Shown piece after piece: positions 9,867 to 18,594 of a stretch of 31,277 nt of DNA (its first letter is position 1; each line of letters opens with the position of its first letter). This DNA is from Planctomycetota bacterium (GTDB lineage: Bacteria; Planctomycetota; GCA-002687715; DRQF01), in contig JALTLO010000094.1 of NCBI GenBank assembly GCA_027001995.1, positions 1-31,277 on the forward strand, written 5' to 3'. Position numbers and translations under genes: made by a program. The notes below the pieces were generated by a model. It saw nothing but the letters and a program-made list of their open reading frames with translations. It made no database searches and was not told the DNA's origin.

Positions 9867-10667
9867 TCATGACTCCAACTTCTTGGCCTCATCCCAGATG
9901 GCATCCATTTCTTCAAGAGTCATGTCATCGAGGGTTCGGCCCATTTTCTTTGCTTGAGTTTCGATGTGCTGAAAACGCCTTCTAAACTTCAGGTTGGTTT
10001 CTCGAAGTGCGTCCTCTGGACTAATTTTCAACCAACGCCCCACGTTCACTAAAGAAAAAAGTAAGTCGCCGAACTCCTCTTGCACCGGGGCGGCTGCTTC
10101 CACCTCTCCGGTCTCGTGGGTTTCCATCTCGACCAAGAATTCGTCAAGTTCTTCTCGAACTTTCTCCAAGACCGGTTTCAAAGCAGGCCAATCAAAGCCC
10201 ACTTGGGCCGCCTTGGATTGCAAGGAAGCCGCCACTTGCAAAGACGGCATGTGAATCGGCACGCCTTCAAGAAGAGAAGAACGCCCCTCCTTCATCTTCA
10301 TCTTCTGCCAGTTGTCTTTGACCCACTGAGCATCAACTTGTCCATCGGCGTCAAAGACGTGGGGGTGTCGACGTACCAATTTCTTGGTGACACCCTCGAC
10401 CACATCGGCCAGGTCAAAGGGGAACTCCTCCTGCTCCGACGCCATTTGGCAATGGAACCAAATCTGAAACAAAAGGTCGCCCAACTCTCCTTGCAATCCT
10501 TGGCGGTCGTTTCGATCAAGACAATCGAGTACTTCGTAGCATTCTTCCAACAAGTAGCGCCGAAGGCTCTTGTGGGTTTGCTTGGCATCCCAAGGGCAAT
10601 CAGCCCTCAAACGCGCCATCACAGAAGTCAGCTTGGCGAATTGCTCTTCTAACCTTTGATCTGACAT
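9867..10667 (-). CDS. mazG: Nucleoside triphosphate pyrophosphohydrolase MazG
   Basis: LRADCPWDAKQTHKSL..EECYEV..ELGDLLFQ..RRHPHVF and second domain GFDW..EEFGDLLF..KFRRRF. Start placed at ATG 10667 after GAGGGGGAG. Confidence 0.95.
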   Translation of the reverse strand: MSDQRLEEQFAKLTSVMARLRADCPWDAKQTHKSLRRYLLEECYEVLDCLDRNDRQGLQGELGDLLFQIWFHCQMASEQEEFPFDLADVVEGVTKKLVRRHPHVFDADGQVDAQWVKDNWQKMKMKEGRSSLLEGVPIHMPSLQVAASLQSKAAQVGFDWPALKPVLEKVREELDEFLVEMETHETGEVEAAAPVQEEFGDLLFSLVNVGRWLKISPEDALRETNLKFRRRFQHIETQAKKMGRTLDDMTLEEMDAIWDEAKKLES

Positions 10668-10775
10668 TCTTGGCTGCTCCCCCCTCGTTCCGATTCCTTT
10701 GCGCTTCAAGACGAAAGTCATCATGTGGGGAACGGGAGGAAGGCGCAAGAAGCGAGTTTTCTCAAGAAGTCACAG

Positions 10776-13247
10776 TCAATCCTGTTTGCCGACCTCTGAC
10801 CCGGCTGACGCCATTTTGGCCTGAGGTGAATCAAGGACTCCATCTCGGTTACGGTCGAGGGACAAACGCTTCCCGCAACCAGGAGCAACTCCGGTGAAAA
10901 TAATATCAAGGCTCCCTTTCCCCGCGATGACTTCCATGGTGGCCCGAGCTAAGCGGTCTCCCTTTTTCCTCGTGGTCAAATAGGTACGGGTCTTGGGGTC
11001 GAAGAGAAAGCTGGTCTCAGTGCCGTTCATGATCCCTTGAGCCACCAAGTCAATCTCCCCAAGAGCGGCCTGCCATTCCAAGGTGTCGATGACTCGCCGA
11101 TATCGATTGTCACCGACGGTCTTGGAACCAAGTGCCAGGCGAAAGCCCACTGCTGGAGCCGTCCCTGTGTCCCAAGCTCGAATGAACTCGGCCAGATCAT
11201 CTTTTTCTGCTGTAGGCATGGCATTGAAAGTAACCAAGTCAAGGAATGCACGCAGTGTTGGGAAGTTGCCATCATTGGCGTAACCAAACCCGACTTTCGA
11301 GGGAGAACCATCGATCTTGGCCTCTCCTCGTCTGTAAATGCCGCGAAGCTGAGGAGTGTTGATGGGCTGGGGTATGCCGATGAAGGCTTGCTTCACCGGC
11401 ATGAAGATATGGTTATTGGCACCATCAGGATTGCTGTGGCAATCAACACATTTCACCAACGTATGATCAGGAAAATCAATGGCCGTGGTGTTTCGGAAGG
11501 TGAACTCCCCCCTTTGGGCCTCAGGGGACAAACCGTTGTCTAAGCCCCGATGAGGGTTCGGGCCATGAGCAATGTTCAACAAGAATTTCTCGTAAGTCTT
11601 CATTTCGCAGTAAGGAATCCGCGATCCCCCATGCAAAGAGACAAAAGCATCGTTGAATCCGGTGAGGTCTTCTTTGTCCCCGCGCCAGTGAAACGGAGGA
11701 TTCGGATCTAAACCATGAAGTGTCTGGGTGACCATTGGCCCCTTCATGGGATGAAAGAATCCTTCAGGTGAGCTGCCTTTGGGCATGAAGCTCAATTCTT
11801 CTTGTTTAGGAACGGGCATCATTTTTCCGTTAGGATCACCTAAGTCCCAGACTAAGAGATCTGTATCTCCATCGATGTGGCAGCTCGCGCAAGACATGGT
11901 GCCATTGCCAGAGATTCGCGCTTCGTAGAGAAACTTGCGGCCATCTCGTATGTACTTGGGCGTTGGGTCGAAACCGATCGCCACCTCAGCCCCCACACTA
12001 CGGTCAGCGACATTCACCACAGCAATGGTGTGGGAAAGACGATTGTAGCAGTACAAAAGAGTCTCATCGTTGCCAAAGACCAAAGCCCGAGGACCCCGCT
12101 TGTTGAAGGTATCACGGCCATCCATGGGAGCCTGACTGACATCGATGCGCCCGAGGATTTCGCCGTCTTTCGCCAGTATCCCAATGCGATCACTGCCCTG
12201 GGCTGTGACGAAAAGTTGGCCCTTCTTGTTCAACACAATCGAAGTCAAATCAGCCAAGGCCAATTTCTTAGCCGGCAGATTCGGCAAGACCTCATAATCG
12301 ACATGAGGATTCACGTCGAAATACTGCACAGCGGGCTTCTCACCCAAAGAGATGCGGCTCACACGATTGTCAATGACATGACCGTTGACAGCGGGTTCAA
12401 AACGAAACTGATTCCTGGAATCAGCGTTGGCGACGAAGAGAGCATCTTCTTTGGGATCGTAAACAAGATCAAAGTTCGTCGTGCCAACACCCTTGACCTG
12501 CTTAATGACCTTCTGAGTCTTTGGACTGATCTCAAAGACGTCATAGTCAACCAAGTTCATGGGGTGGAATTTCCAGTTCGGATCATCCAGAGAAACGATG
12601 AGACTCGTCTTCGGAGCTGGAGGCAGGTCCTTGTTGGTAGGCATTGGGGGAGCCGGGGCTGGGTCGATAGGAATAAGAGTGGTGCGATTCCCTGAATGAA
12701 AGGCCAAAACAAAAACACGGCTTCCCTCTGGATTTGTAGCGAGGGCCCTTGGCGTTTTAGCGAGAATGGGAATGGTGGCCACAATTTCGCGATTATTCGG
12801 GTCTAAGACGCAAACGGAATCTTCGCCGCTGAGGGAAACATAAGCGCGTTGAGGGGAGCCAGCAAAAACGATATCTGTCGGTTCATCGCCTAAGGATATG
12901 GTCCCCACCACCCTGTTCTCTTTGAGAGACACCACACTGATGCCGTCAGAAAGATTCTCCACCACCCAAAGCTCATCTTCATTGCGAAGGCAAAGACTCA
13001 CTGGTTCCAAGCCCACCGAGATTTCGCGAATCAGTTGGGGAACCAATGGATTCGCCAAGGAAAAGACCGACACCGCGTTGTTGGGTGTGTTGAGAGCGTA
13101 GAGTTTCTTGCCATCGGCGGAGACGGCCATGGGGTGAACTTGCCCCGACTCGTAATTGACAAAGTCGGGCTTTTCTGAGGGGAGCTCTTGAGCCGTGAGA
13201 GAAACATGCAGGACAAGAAAGGCGAAAGAGAAAATGAGGCGTCTCAT
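10776..13247 (-). CDS. Exported YncE-like beta-propeller fused to a di-heme cytochrome c (CcP/MauG-like) domain
   Basis: Signal peptide from ATG 13247 (MRRLIFSFAFLVLHVSLTA). YVTN-type blades (VGLEPVSL, LGDEPTDIV, GPRALVF). Two CxxCH motifs, CASCH (11877-11891) and CVDCH (11436-11450), plus TQTLHGL..PFHWRG and NTPQLRG peroxidase-like segments. Confidence 0.75.
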   Translation of the reverse strand: MRRLIFSFAFLVLHVSLTAQELPSEKPDFVNYESGQVHPMAVSADGKKLYALNTPNNAVSVFSLANPLVPQLIREISVGLEPVSLCLRNEDELWVVENLSDGISVVSLKENRVVGTISLGDEPTDIVFAGSPQRAYVSLSGEDSVCVLDPNNREIVATIPILAKTPRALATNPEGSRVFVLAFHSGNRTTLIPIDPAPAPPMPTNKDLPPAPKTSLIVSLDDPNWKFHPMNLVDYDVFEISPKTQKVIKQVKGVGTTNFDLVYDPKEDALFVANADSRNQFRFEPAVNGHVIDNRVSRISLGEKPAVQYFDVNPHVDYEVLPNLPAKKLALADLTSIVLNKKGQLFVTAQGSDRIGILAKDGEILGRIDVSQAPMDGRDTFNKRGPRALVFGNDETLLYCYNRLSHTIAVVNVADRSVGAEVAIGFDPTPKYIRDGRKFLYEARISGNGTMSCASCHIDGDTDLLVWDLGDPNGKMMPVPKQEELSFMPKGSSPEGFFHPMKGPMVTQTLHGLDPNPPFHWRGDKEDLTGFNDAFVSLHGGSRIPYCEMKTYEKFLLNIAHGPNPHRGLDNGLSPEAQRGEFTFRNTTAIDFPDHTLVKCVDCHSNPDGANNHIFMPVKQAFIGIPQPINTPQLRGIYRRGEAKIDGSPSKVGFGYANDGNFPTLRAFLDLVTFNAMPTAEKDDLAEFIRAWDTGTAPAVGFRLALGSKTVGDNRYRRVIDTLEWQAALGEIDLVAQGIMNGTETSFLFDPKTRTYLTTRKKGDRLARATMEVIAGKGSLDIIFTGVAPGCGKRLSLDRNRDGVLDSPQAKMASAGSEVGKQD

Positions 13248-13427
13248 GACTTCACATCCAAGATTGAGTGACAAGGGCAGCAATGGGGCGAGCTTTCGTC
13301 CGCTGAACAGCACCAAATTCCTGGCTGCGAGAAGCGGGGGCACTCTCCCGGCTCCCCTTATATCGCTATATTCGTAAAAAAACTACGATTATCTTGTTTG
13401 TAGTCAGATTCCCTTTAAGCTCCCATC

Positions 13428-13865
13428 ATGTTTCAACAAAGCACAGAGATCTGCCTTCGTTGCCTTTCCCTCCTCGTAGCCGAAGAGGATGGCGCCATAC
13501 TGCAATCCAAAGAAATCGGCATAAAGCTGGGAATTTCAGCGACTTATGTCACAAAATCGTTGCAGCCATTAGCCCGTCAAGGGTGGTTGCGAGCCCTGAA
13601 AGGAAGGAAAGGTGGCTGGACCATGGCGATCAATCCTTCCTCTGTCATGCTCAGTCAAGTCATAGACGCATTGGAACCTGAAAGGCAATGGCATCGCTGT
13701 GTCATTGGTCACGGTCTTTGCTCAGATGAGACGGCTTGCGCCTTTCATCACACATGGGGCAAGCTGAAACGCCAAATCGAGGCTGACATGCAGACCACAA
13801 GCATTGCTGACCTCAAGAACTTCACCCCCCCATCCGTGAACTCACTTAGCCAAACTCAACCCTAA
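13428..13865 (+). CDS. Rrf2-family transcriptional regulator, probably Fe-S binding
   Basis: wHTH segment (YVTKSLQPLARQGWLRALKGRKGGW) and C-terminal Cys triad C-x6-C-x5-C (RCVIGHGLCSDETACAFH). Confidence 0.9.
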   Translation: MFQQSTEICLRCLSLLVAEEDGAILQSKEIGIKLGISATYVTKSLQPLARQGWLRALKGRKGGWTMAINPSSVMLSQVIDALEPERQWHRCVIGHGLCSDETACAFHHTWGKLKRQIEADMQTTSIADLKNFTPPSVNSLSQTQP

Positions 13866-13897
13866 CCGATCAAAGCCCAAAATCCGCGAGCACCTTC

Positions 13898-14935
13898 ATG
13901 AGTACAGCAGCACCCAACATAGACATAGAAAGAAGAGTCTGGCGCGTCCTTCAAGGCGTCGTCTGGCTCATCGGAATCACCATTATCTTGCTCCTCTTTT
14001 TCAAACCCGTCATTGGCCTCCACGCATTCTGGAACGTTCTCATCCCTGTAGCCCCTGCCCTGCTTGTCTTCCTCCCTGGCCTATGGCGCAACATTTGCCC
14101 CTTGGGAACAACCGCGCTTCTACCCCGTCACTTGGGCTTTTCACGGCAAGAGAAAATTTCGGCACGGAGCCAAAAACAACTCACCCTTGCTGGACTCCTT
14201 CTCCTCTTGCTCTTGGTCCCCCTTCGTCACGCTGGCCTTGATCTAAGCGGACCAGCCACCGCCAGTGTCATCCTGGCTTTGGCCATTTGTGGCGCGTTCT
14301 TGGGTTCTCGCTACGAATGGAAAAGTGCTTGGTGCAGCGGTCTCTGTCCCGTTCACCCCGTCGAAAAACTTTATGGTAACAGCCCAGCGGCCACTCTCAG
14401 CAATGGGCATTGCGACTCTTGCCACATTTGTATTCACATCTGCCCAGACTCAGGGCAAGGAGACCAGTTTATTCAAGAACAAGAAAAGTCTGGCTTGAGA
14501 GGACTCGTACCCACAGTGCTCATCGGGGGTTTCCCGGGCTACATCTGGGGTTGGTTTCAAGTAGCAGACTATCAATTGGCCTCGGGACTAAGCCATTTGG
14601 GTGAGATCTACTCTTGGCCTTGGGGGGGAATGATTCTTTCCCTGGCCGTCTATGTCGCCCTGCGTCACTCCATTGGCGAGCGACAAAAGAAAACCCTAGC
14701 CAAGGTCTTCGTGACCTTAGCCGTCACCTGCTACTACTGGTTTAGGCTCCCTGCACTCTTTGGCTTTGGCCTCTTCGAAGGTGACGGCATGCTCGTCGAC
14801 CTGGGCACCTCTCTCCCCAATATGTTTCCTCTTGTCCTGCGCATCCTGACAGTGGCACTGTTTTCATGGTGGTTCCTATTGCGCAATGCAGAGCAGAATT
14901 CATGGAGCCATCGACCAGAGTGGGCAGAGTCTTAA
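13898..14935 (+). CDS. Polytopic membrane protein with 4Fe-4S binding motifs (NapH/NosR-like arrangement)
   Basis: Multiple hydrophobic helices; WRNICP and WCSGLCP motifs; ferredoxin motif CxxCxxCxxxCP (CDSCHICIHICP, 14411-14446). Confidence 0.7.
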   Translation: MSTAAPNIDIERRVWRVLQGVVWLIGITIILLLFFKPVIGLHAFWNVLIPVAPALLVFLPGLWRNICPLGTTALLPRHLGFSRQEKISARSQKQLTLAGLLLLLLLVPLRHAGLDLSGPATASVILALAICGAFLGSRYEWKSAWCSGLCPVHPVEKLYGNSPAATLSNGHCDSCHICIHICPDSGQGDQFIQEQEKSGLRGLVPTVLIGGFPGYIWGWFQVADYQLASGLSHLGEIYSWPWGGMILSLAVYVALRHSIGERQKKTLAKVFVTLAVTCYYWFRLPALFGFGLFEGDGMLVDLGTSLPNMFPLVLRILTVALFSWWFLLRNAEQNSWSHRPEWAES

Positions 14936-14971
14936 GCCCGACAAAACTTAGAACAGAATTCCTCGGATCCC

Positions 14972-16975
14972 ATGCACCCTACATTCGAAACAAACGACAC
15001 ATTCACCGGAGTTTCTGAGCTTTACCGACAAGCCCTGCGCATTCGCAAATTCGAAGAGTGCGTCAGCCGGCTCCTTGCAGACGGTACTCTCGGAGGAACG
15101 ACTCACCTCTGCATCGGGCAAGAAGCTGTCCCTGTGGGTGTTTCATCAAGGCTCTGGCCTCATGACCAAGTTGTCAGCAATCACCGTGGCCACGGCCATC
15201 TCTTGGCAAAAGGTGGCGCAGCAGCCCCCTTCCTGGCAGAACTCGCTGGCAAAGAGACCGGCTATTGTCGGGGCAAAGGAGGCAGTCAGCACATCGCCGC
15301 ACCTGACATCGGATTCATGGGCTCCAACGGAATTACCGCTGGGGGTATACCCATCGCCGTGGGATTGGCTTTGGCCGCCAAGACCAAGAAAGACGACACC
15401 TGCGTGGTTGTCTACTTGGGCGACGGAGCTTGCAGCACTGGCAACTTTCACGAATCACTCAACTTAGCGGCTCTCTGGCGACTTCCCATCGTTTTTGTGT
15501 GTGAAAACAACCTCTACGCCATGTCCAATCCTATCGAAGCATCTCTGGCGACTGATTCCCCAAGTGACTGGGCGAAGCGCTATCGAGGAATGAACACTGG
15601 CCAAGCTGACGGACAAGATGCGGAAGATGTGGCCAAGGAGTTCGGCAAGCTCGCAACTCGAGCACGACTTGGGGAGCCCGGCTTTCTCACCTGCAACACC
15701 TATCGTTTCTGTGGACATTCTCGAAGCGACCCCAGAAACTACCGCCATCGTGATGAGGAAAAACGTTGGAAAAAACGCTGCCCTATTGCCATTCTGCGAG
15801 CCAAGGTTGTAGTCGAGGAAAATGAAGAACAAGCCCTCAGGATTGAAACTTTGGTTGACAAAGAAATACAAATCGCTGAGACCTTTGCTCTTAGTTCTCC
15901 AACAGCCAGCTCTACCGTCGCCACCTCCGGAGCTGTACTCCCCTGCGGTGAAGAACCCGAAAATCCTCACTCAGAACGCAGAGCTCCACAAACACCCCAC
16001 AAGAAATGGACCATGCGTCAAGCCATCGCCGAAACGATCTCAGGCGCCATCAAGTCTGACCAACGTGTGGTATTCATGGGCGAAGACATTGGCACCTACG
16101 GTGGAGCATTCGGCGTGTCACGAGGCATGCTCGAAACATTTGACAAAGGCAGAGTCATCCAAACTCCAATTGCGGAGAATAGTTTCGTGGGCGCCACCGT
16201 CGGAGCAGCCATGGGAGGACTGCGCCCCATCGTTGAAATCATGTTCGCCGATTTCACCACCTGTTGCATGGACGCCCTCGTCAACCACGCAGCGAAGATC
16301 CGCTACATGTACGATGGCTTACTGCATGTCCCCATGGTGCTTCGGGCGCCCATGGGGAGACGGTTTGGATATGGAGCGACTCATTCTCAAAGTCCAGAAG
16401 CATTCTTTCTTCACGTTCCCGGCCTAAAAGTTGTAGCACCCAGCTCAGCTAACGCCGCCGCAGCCCTGTTAGAGGCGGCTATCAAAGATCCTGACCCAGT
16501 CCTCTTTTTTGAGCACAAGCTCCTCTATGACCAAGAGGAAGTGAGTGACTGGCAACATCCCGCCGTCCTGGGAAAAGCCCGTCGGATCACAAGAGGCCAA
16601 GACATCACCATCATCTCTTACGCCCATGGTATTCTCTTGGTCAAAAAAGCAGCCCAGTTCTTAGCCCATGCTGGCATTGGAGCTGAAGTGATCGACCTTC
16701 AAACCCTGGCACCCTTGGACAAGGCCACCTGCATTCAGTCTGTCGCAAAAACGGGGCGCTTGCTCTTAGTTTCCGAAGATACAGACCGTGGTGGAGTTGC
16801 AAGCATAGTGGAGGCAGATCTAAGCGCTCACATCTTCAACTACTTACAGGCCCCCATCACCCGCATTTCAGCACCAGACGTCCCCATACCTGCCGGGCGA
16901 GAACTGGAAGAAGCCGCTTCGATTCACGCCAAGGATATCTTTGAGGTGGCCAAGCATTTGGTGGAGGCCTACTAA
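14972..16975 (+). CDS. Fused E1 alpha/beta subunit of a ThDP-dependent 2-oxoacid/acetoin dehydrogenase-type complex
   Basis: HLCIGQEA, ThDP motif GDG..ENN and YRFCGHSRSD in the alpha half. GEDIG, TPIAENSFVG, GLRPIVEIMF, HSQS and DPVLFFEHK in the beta half. Confidence 0.92.
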   Translation: MHPTFETNDTFTGVSELYRQALRIRKFEECVSRLLADGTLGGTTHLCIGQEAVPVGVSSRLWPHDQVVSNHRGHGHLLAKGGAAAPFLAELAGKETGYCRGKGGSQHIAAPDIGFMGSNGITAGGIPIAVGLALAAKTKKDDTCVVVYLGDGACSTGNFHESLNLAALWRLPIVFVCENNLYAMSNPIEASLATDSPSDWAKRYRGMNTGQADGQDAEDVAKEFGKLATRARLGEPGFLTCNTYRFCGHSRSDPRNYRHRDEEKRWKKRCPIAILRAKVVVEENEEQALRIETLVDKEIQIAETFALSSPTASSTVATSGAVLPCGEEPENPHSERRAPQTPHKKWTMRQAIAETISGAIKSDQRVVFMGEDIGTYGGAFGVSRGMLETFDKGRVIQTPIAENSFVGATVGAAMGGLRPIVEIMFADFTTCCMDALVNHAAKIRYMYDGLLHVPMVLRAPMGRRFGYGATHSQSPEAFFLHVPGLKVVAPSSANAAAALLEAAIKDPDPVLFFEHKLLYDQEEVSDWQHPAVLGKARRITRGQDITIISYAHGILLVKKAAQFLAHAGIGAEVIDLQTLAPLDKATCIQSVAKTGRLLLVSEDTDRGGVASIVEADLSAHIFNYLQAPITRISAPDVPIPAGRELEEAASIHAKDIFEVAKHLVEAY

Positions 16976-16977
16976 TC

Positions 16978-18594
16978 ATGCTCCAACTATTGAGAATTCC
17001 GAATTTGGGTTCAGCCAACGAACGAGTCATCTTCGTCGATTGGGAGACCAAAGAAGGCGAAGAAATCTCTTCTGGTGACGTCATCGCTTCTGTCGAAACC
17101 GACAAAGCCGCATTCGAAATGGAAGCCCCAGGGGATATTGTCGTCCTAAGACAACTCCTTTCCGTCGGGGACGAAGTACCCCAGGGAACAGCCTACGCAG
17201 TTGTGGCAAACCCCGAGGACACCGTCTCCTCTGAAGCTATTGATGAGATCTTGACCAGCGCAACTCAAGAGTCGAATGAAGAAGAGAACGAAAAATCAAT
17301 CTCTCCGAGAAAGAGCACAAGGCCTGCGGAGACCGCAACCGAGTCGGCAATCCTGGCTGTGCCCATGGCTCGTCGCAGGGCCGCGTCTCTCGGGCTCAAT
17401 CTCCGTGACATAACCCCGAGCGGCCCTCAGGGAACCATCACCATTGCCGACGTAGACAAGCATGCCCACAACTCCCAGCAGTCCTCTCAAAGGGATGGAC
17501 ACATCGATCCTGAATTCCTAACCCAGGTCAAAGAAGATAGAGATGCCTTTGCCGCACTCAACTCCGACCTGAAAATTACGCTCTATCGGCGTTTTGGTGC
17601 CAGCATCGGGGCTCACTGCCACTTAGGGGAAGGTAGTCTCATTCTAGCCGACCAACTGGTCATGGAGCCTGGGGCAGCCCTCGGCAAGAATGTCATCTGC
17701 GAAGGCAAAGAACTAAGAATAGGAACGAACACCTACATTGGCCCTCGTTCGACGCTGCGGGGTACAAGGATTCGACTGGGCACCAACGCCTATTTCGTCC
17801 GAGATGTGGAGGTTGGTGGTGGCGGTTGGCGTGACCCCCAGTCTTTCATCGATATTGGAGCCGACGGATTTATTGGTGAAAACGTCCACCTCAATTCATG
17901 CCGTGGCATCACCATCGGGGACGAAGTCACCATCTCCCGCAATGCCGTGATCATGACCCATAGCTACGCTCAGTCAGAACTCGAAGGATATCCCACAGTA
18001 TTCGAGGCCGTCACCATTGAAGACAACGCCCAAATTGGCATTGGCTGCACCTTGTTTCCAGGCTCCCACGTCGAAGCCGGTGCTGTTGTCCTCTCTAACT
18101 CCAGTGTCGTCGGAAGAGTCACCCTGGGGCGCATGTTTGGCGGCGTCCCCGCCATTGACATGAAAGCTGCTTGCCGCCCCATGCCAGAGTCATCAAGAAA
18201 AAGGGTGGGAATACGTTTGCTCTCAACTTTCGCCGAGCTCATCCTTGGACATGGCAGAAGCGCTCGCCTTCTAAACTCAAACAAGACCAACGACCAAGTC
18301 GCTTGGCTATTTGAAGAGGAGCGTCAAGCAGCCATCATAGTCCTCCGCTTCGCCGACGGCATCTGGGATATCCCCAAGACCGATGGTTTGGGAAGCGCGG
18401 AGATCATTCTCCTCCAATTGGATGGGATGCCTGAATCTCACGGCGAATATCCAAACGCTTTGACAATCGACCTCAGAGCTCGGCAAGTAGAAGGACAAAG
18501 TGGCCCTTGTGGTGAAAGCTTTCGGGAACATCTCCGCAAACGAGGCATCCGGCTGCGCCCAGGAGGATGGACCTATGCCGGAGGATGGATCTAA
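16978..18594 (+). CDS. Lipoyl domain + peripheral-subunit-binding domain + hexapeptide-repeat (left-handed beta-helix) acyltransferase fusion
   Basis: Lipoyl-Lys motif VETDKA (Lys codon 17104-17106). PSBD (AVPMARRRAASLGLNLRDITPSGPQGTITIADV). Long hexapeptide run ending IMTHS..VTIEDNAQIGIGCTLFPG..GGVPA. No E2 catalytic DHR-x-x-DG motif. Confidence 0.85.
   Translation: MLQLLRIPNLGSANERVIFVDWETKEGEEISSGDVIASVETDKAAFEMEAPGDIVVLRQLLSVGDEVPQGTAYAVVANPEDTVSSEAIDEILTSATQESNEEENEKSISPRKSTRPAETATESAILAVPMARRRAASLGLNLRDITPSGPQGTITIADVDKHAHNSQQSSQRDGHIDPEFLTQVKEDRDAFAALNSDLKITLYRRFGASIGAHCHLGEGSLILADQLVMEPGAALGKNVICEGKELRIGTNTYIGPRSTLRGTRIRLGTNAYFVRDVEVGGGGWRDPQSFIDIGADGFIGENVHLNSCRGITIGDEVTISRNAVIMTHSYAQSELEGYPTVFEAVTIEDNAQIGIGCTLFPGSHVEAGAVVLSNSSVVGRVTLGRMFGGVPAIDMKAACRPMPESSRKRVGIRLLSTFAELILGHGRSARLLNSNKTNDQVAWLFEEERQAAIIVLRFADGIWDIPKTDGLGSAEIILLQLDGMPESHGEYPNALTIDLRARQVEGQSGPCGESFREHLRKRGIRLRPGGWTYAGGWI

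Noticed and set aside
9867..10667. mazG as part of a toxin-antitoxin or anti-phage locus
   Set aside because: It is the ordinary tandem-domain housekeeping type, with no mazEF or defence genes next to it.
11877..12695. 272-aa + strand ORF (and similar shadows such as 475-996 and 10080-10652)
   Set aside because: These lie antisense to well-supported genes and carry no independent motifs.
10776..13247. Hydrazine synthase beta/gamma fusion (anammox)
   Set aside because: The propeller + di-heme layout is superficially similar but widespread. No alpha subunit or other anammox genes are present.
14411..14425. CDSCH as a heme c attachment site
   Set aside because: It is part of a complete CxxCxxCxxxCP ferredoxin motif, which explains it better.
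14972..18594. Ordinary pdhABC/acoABC operon
   Set aside because: The E2-like gene has no 2-oxoacid dehydrogenase acyltransferase core, and no E3 is adjacent.
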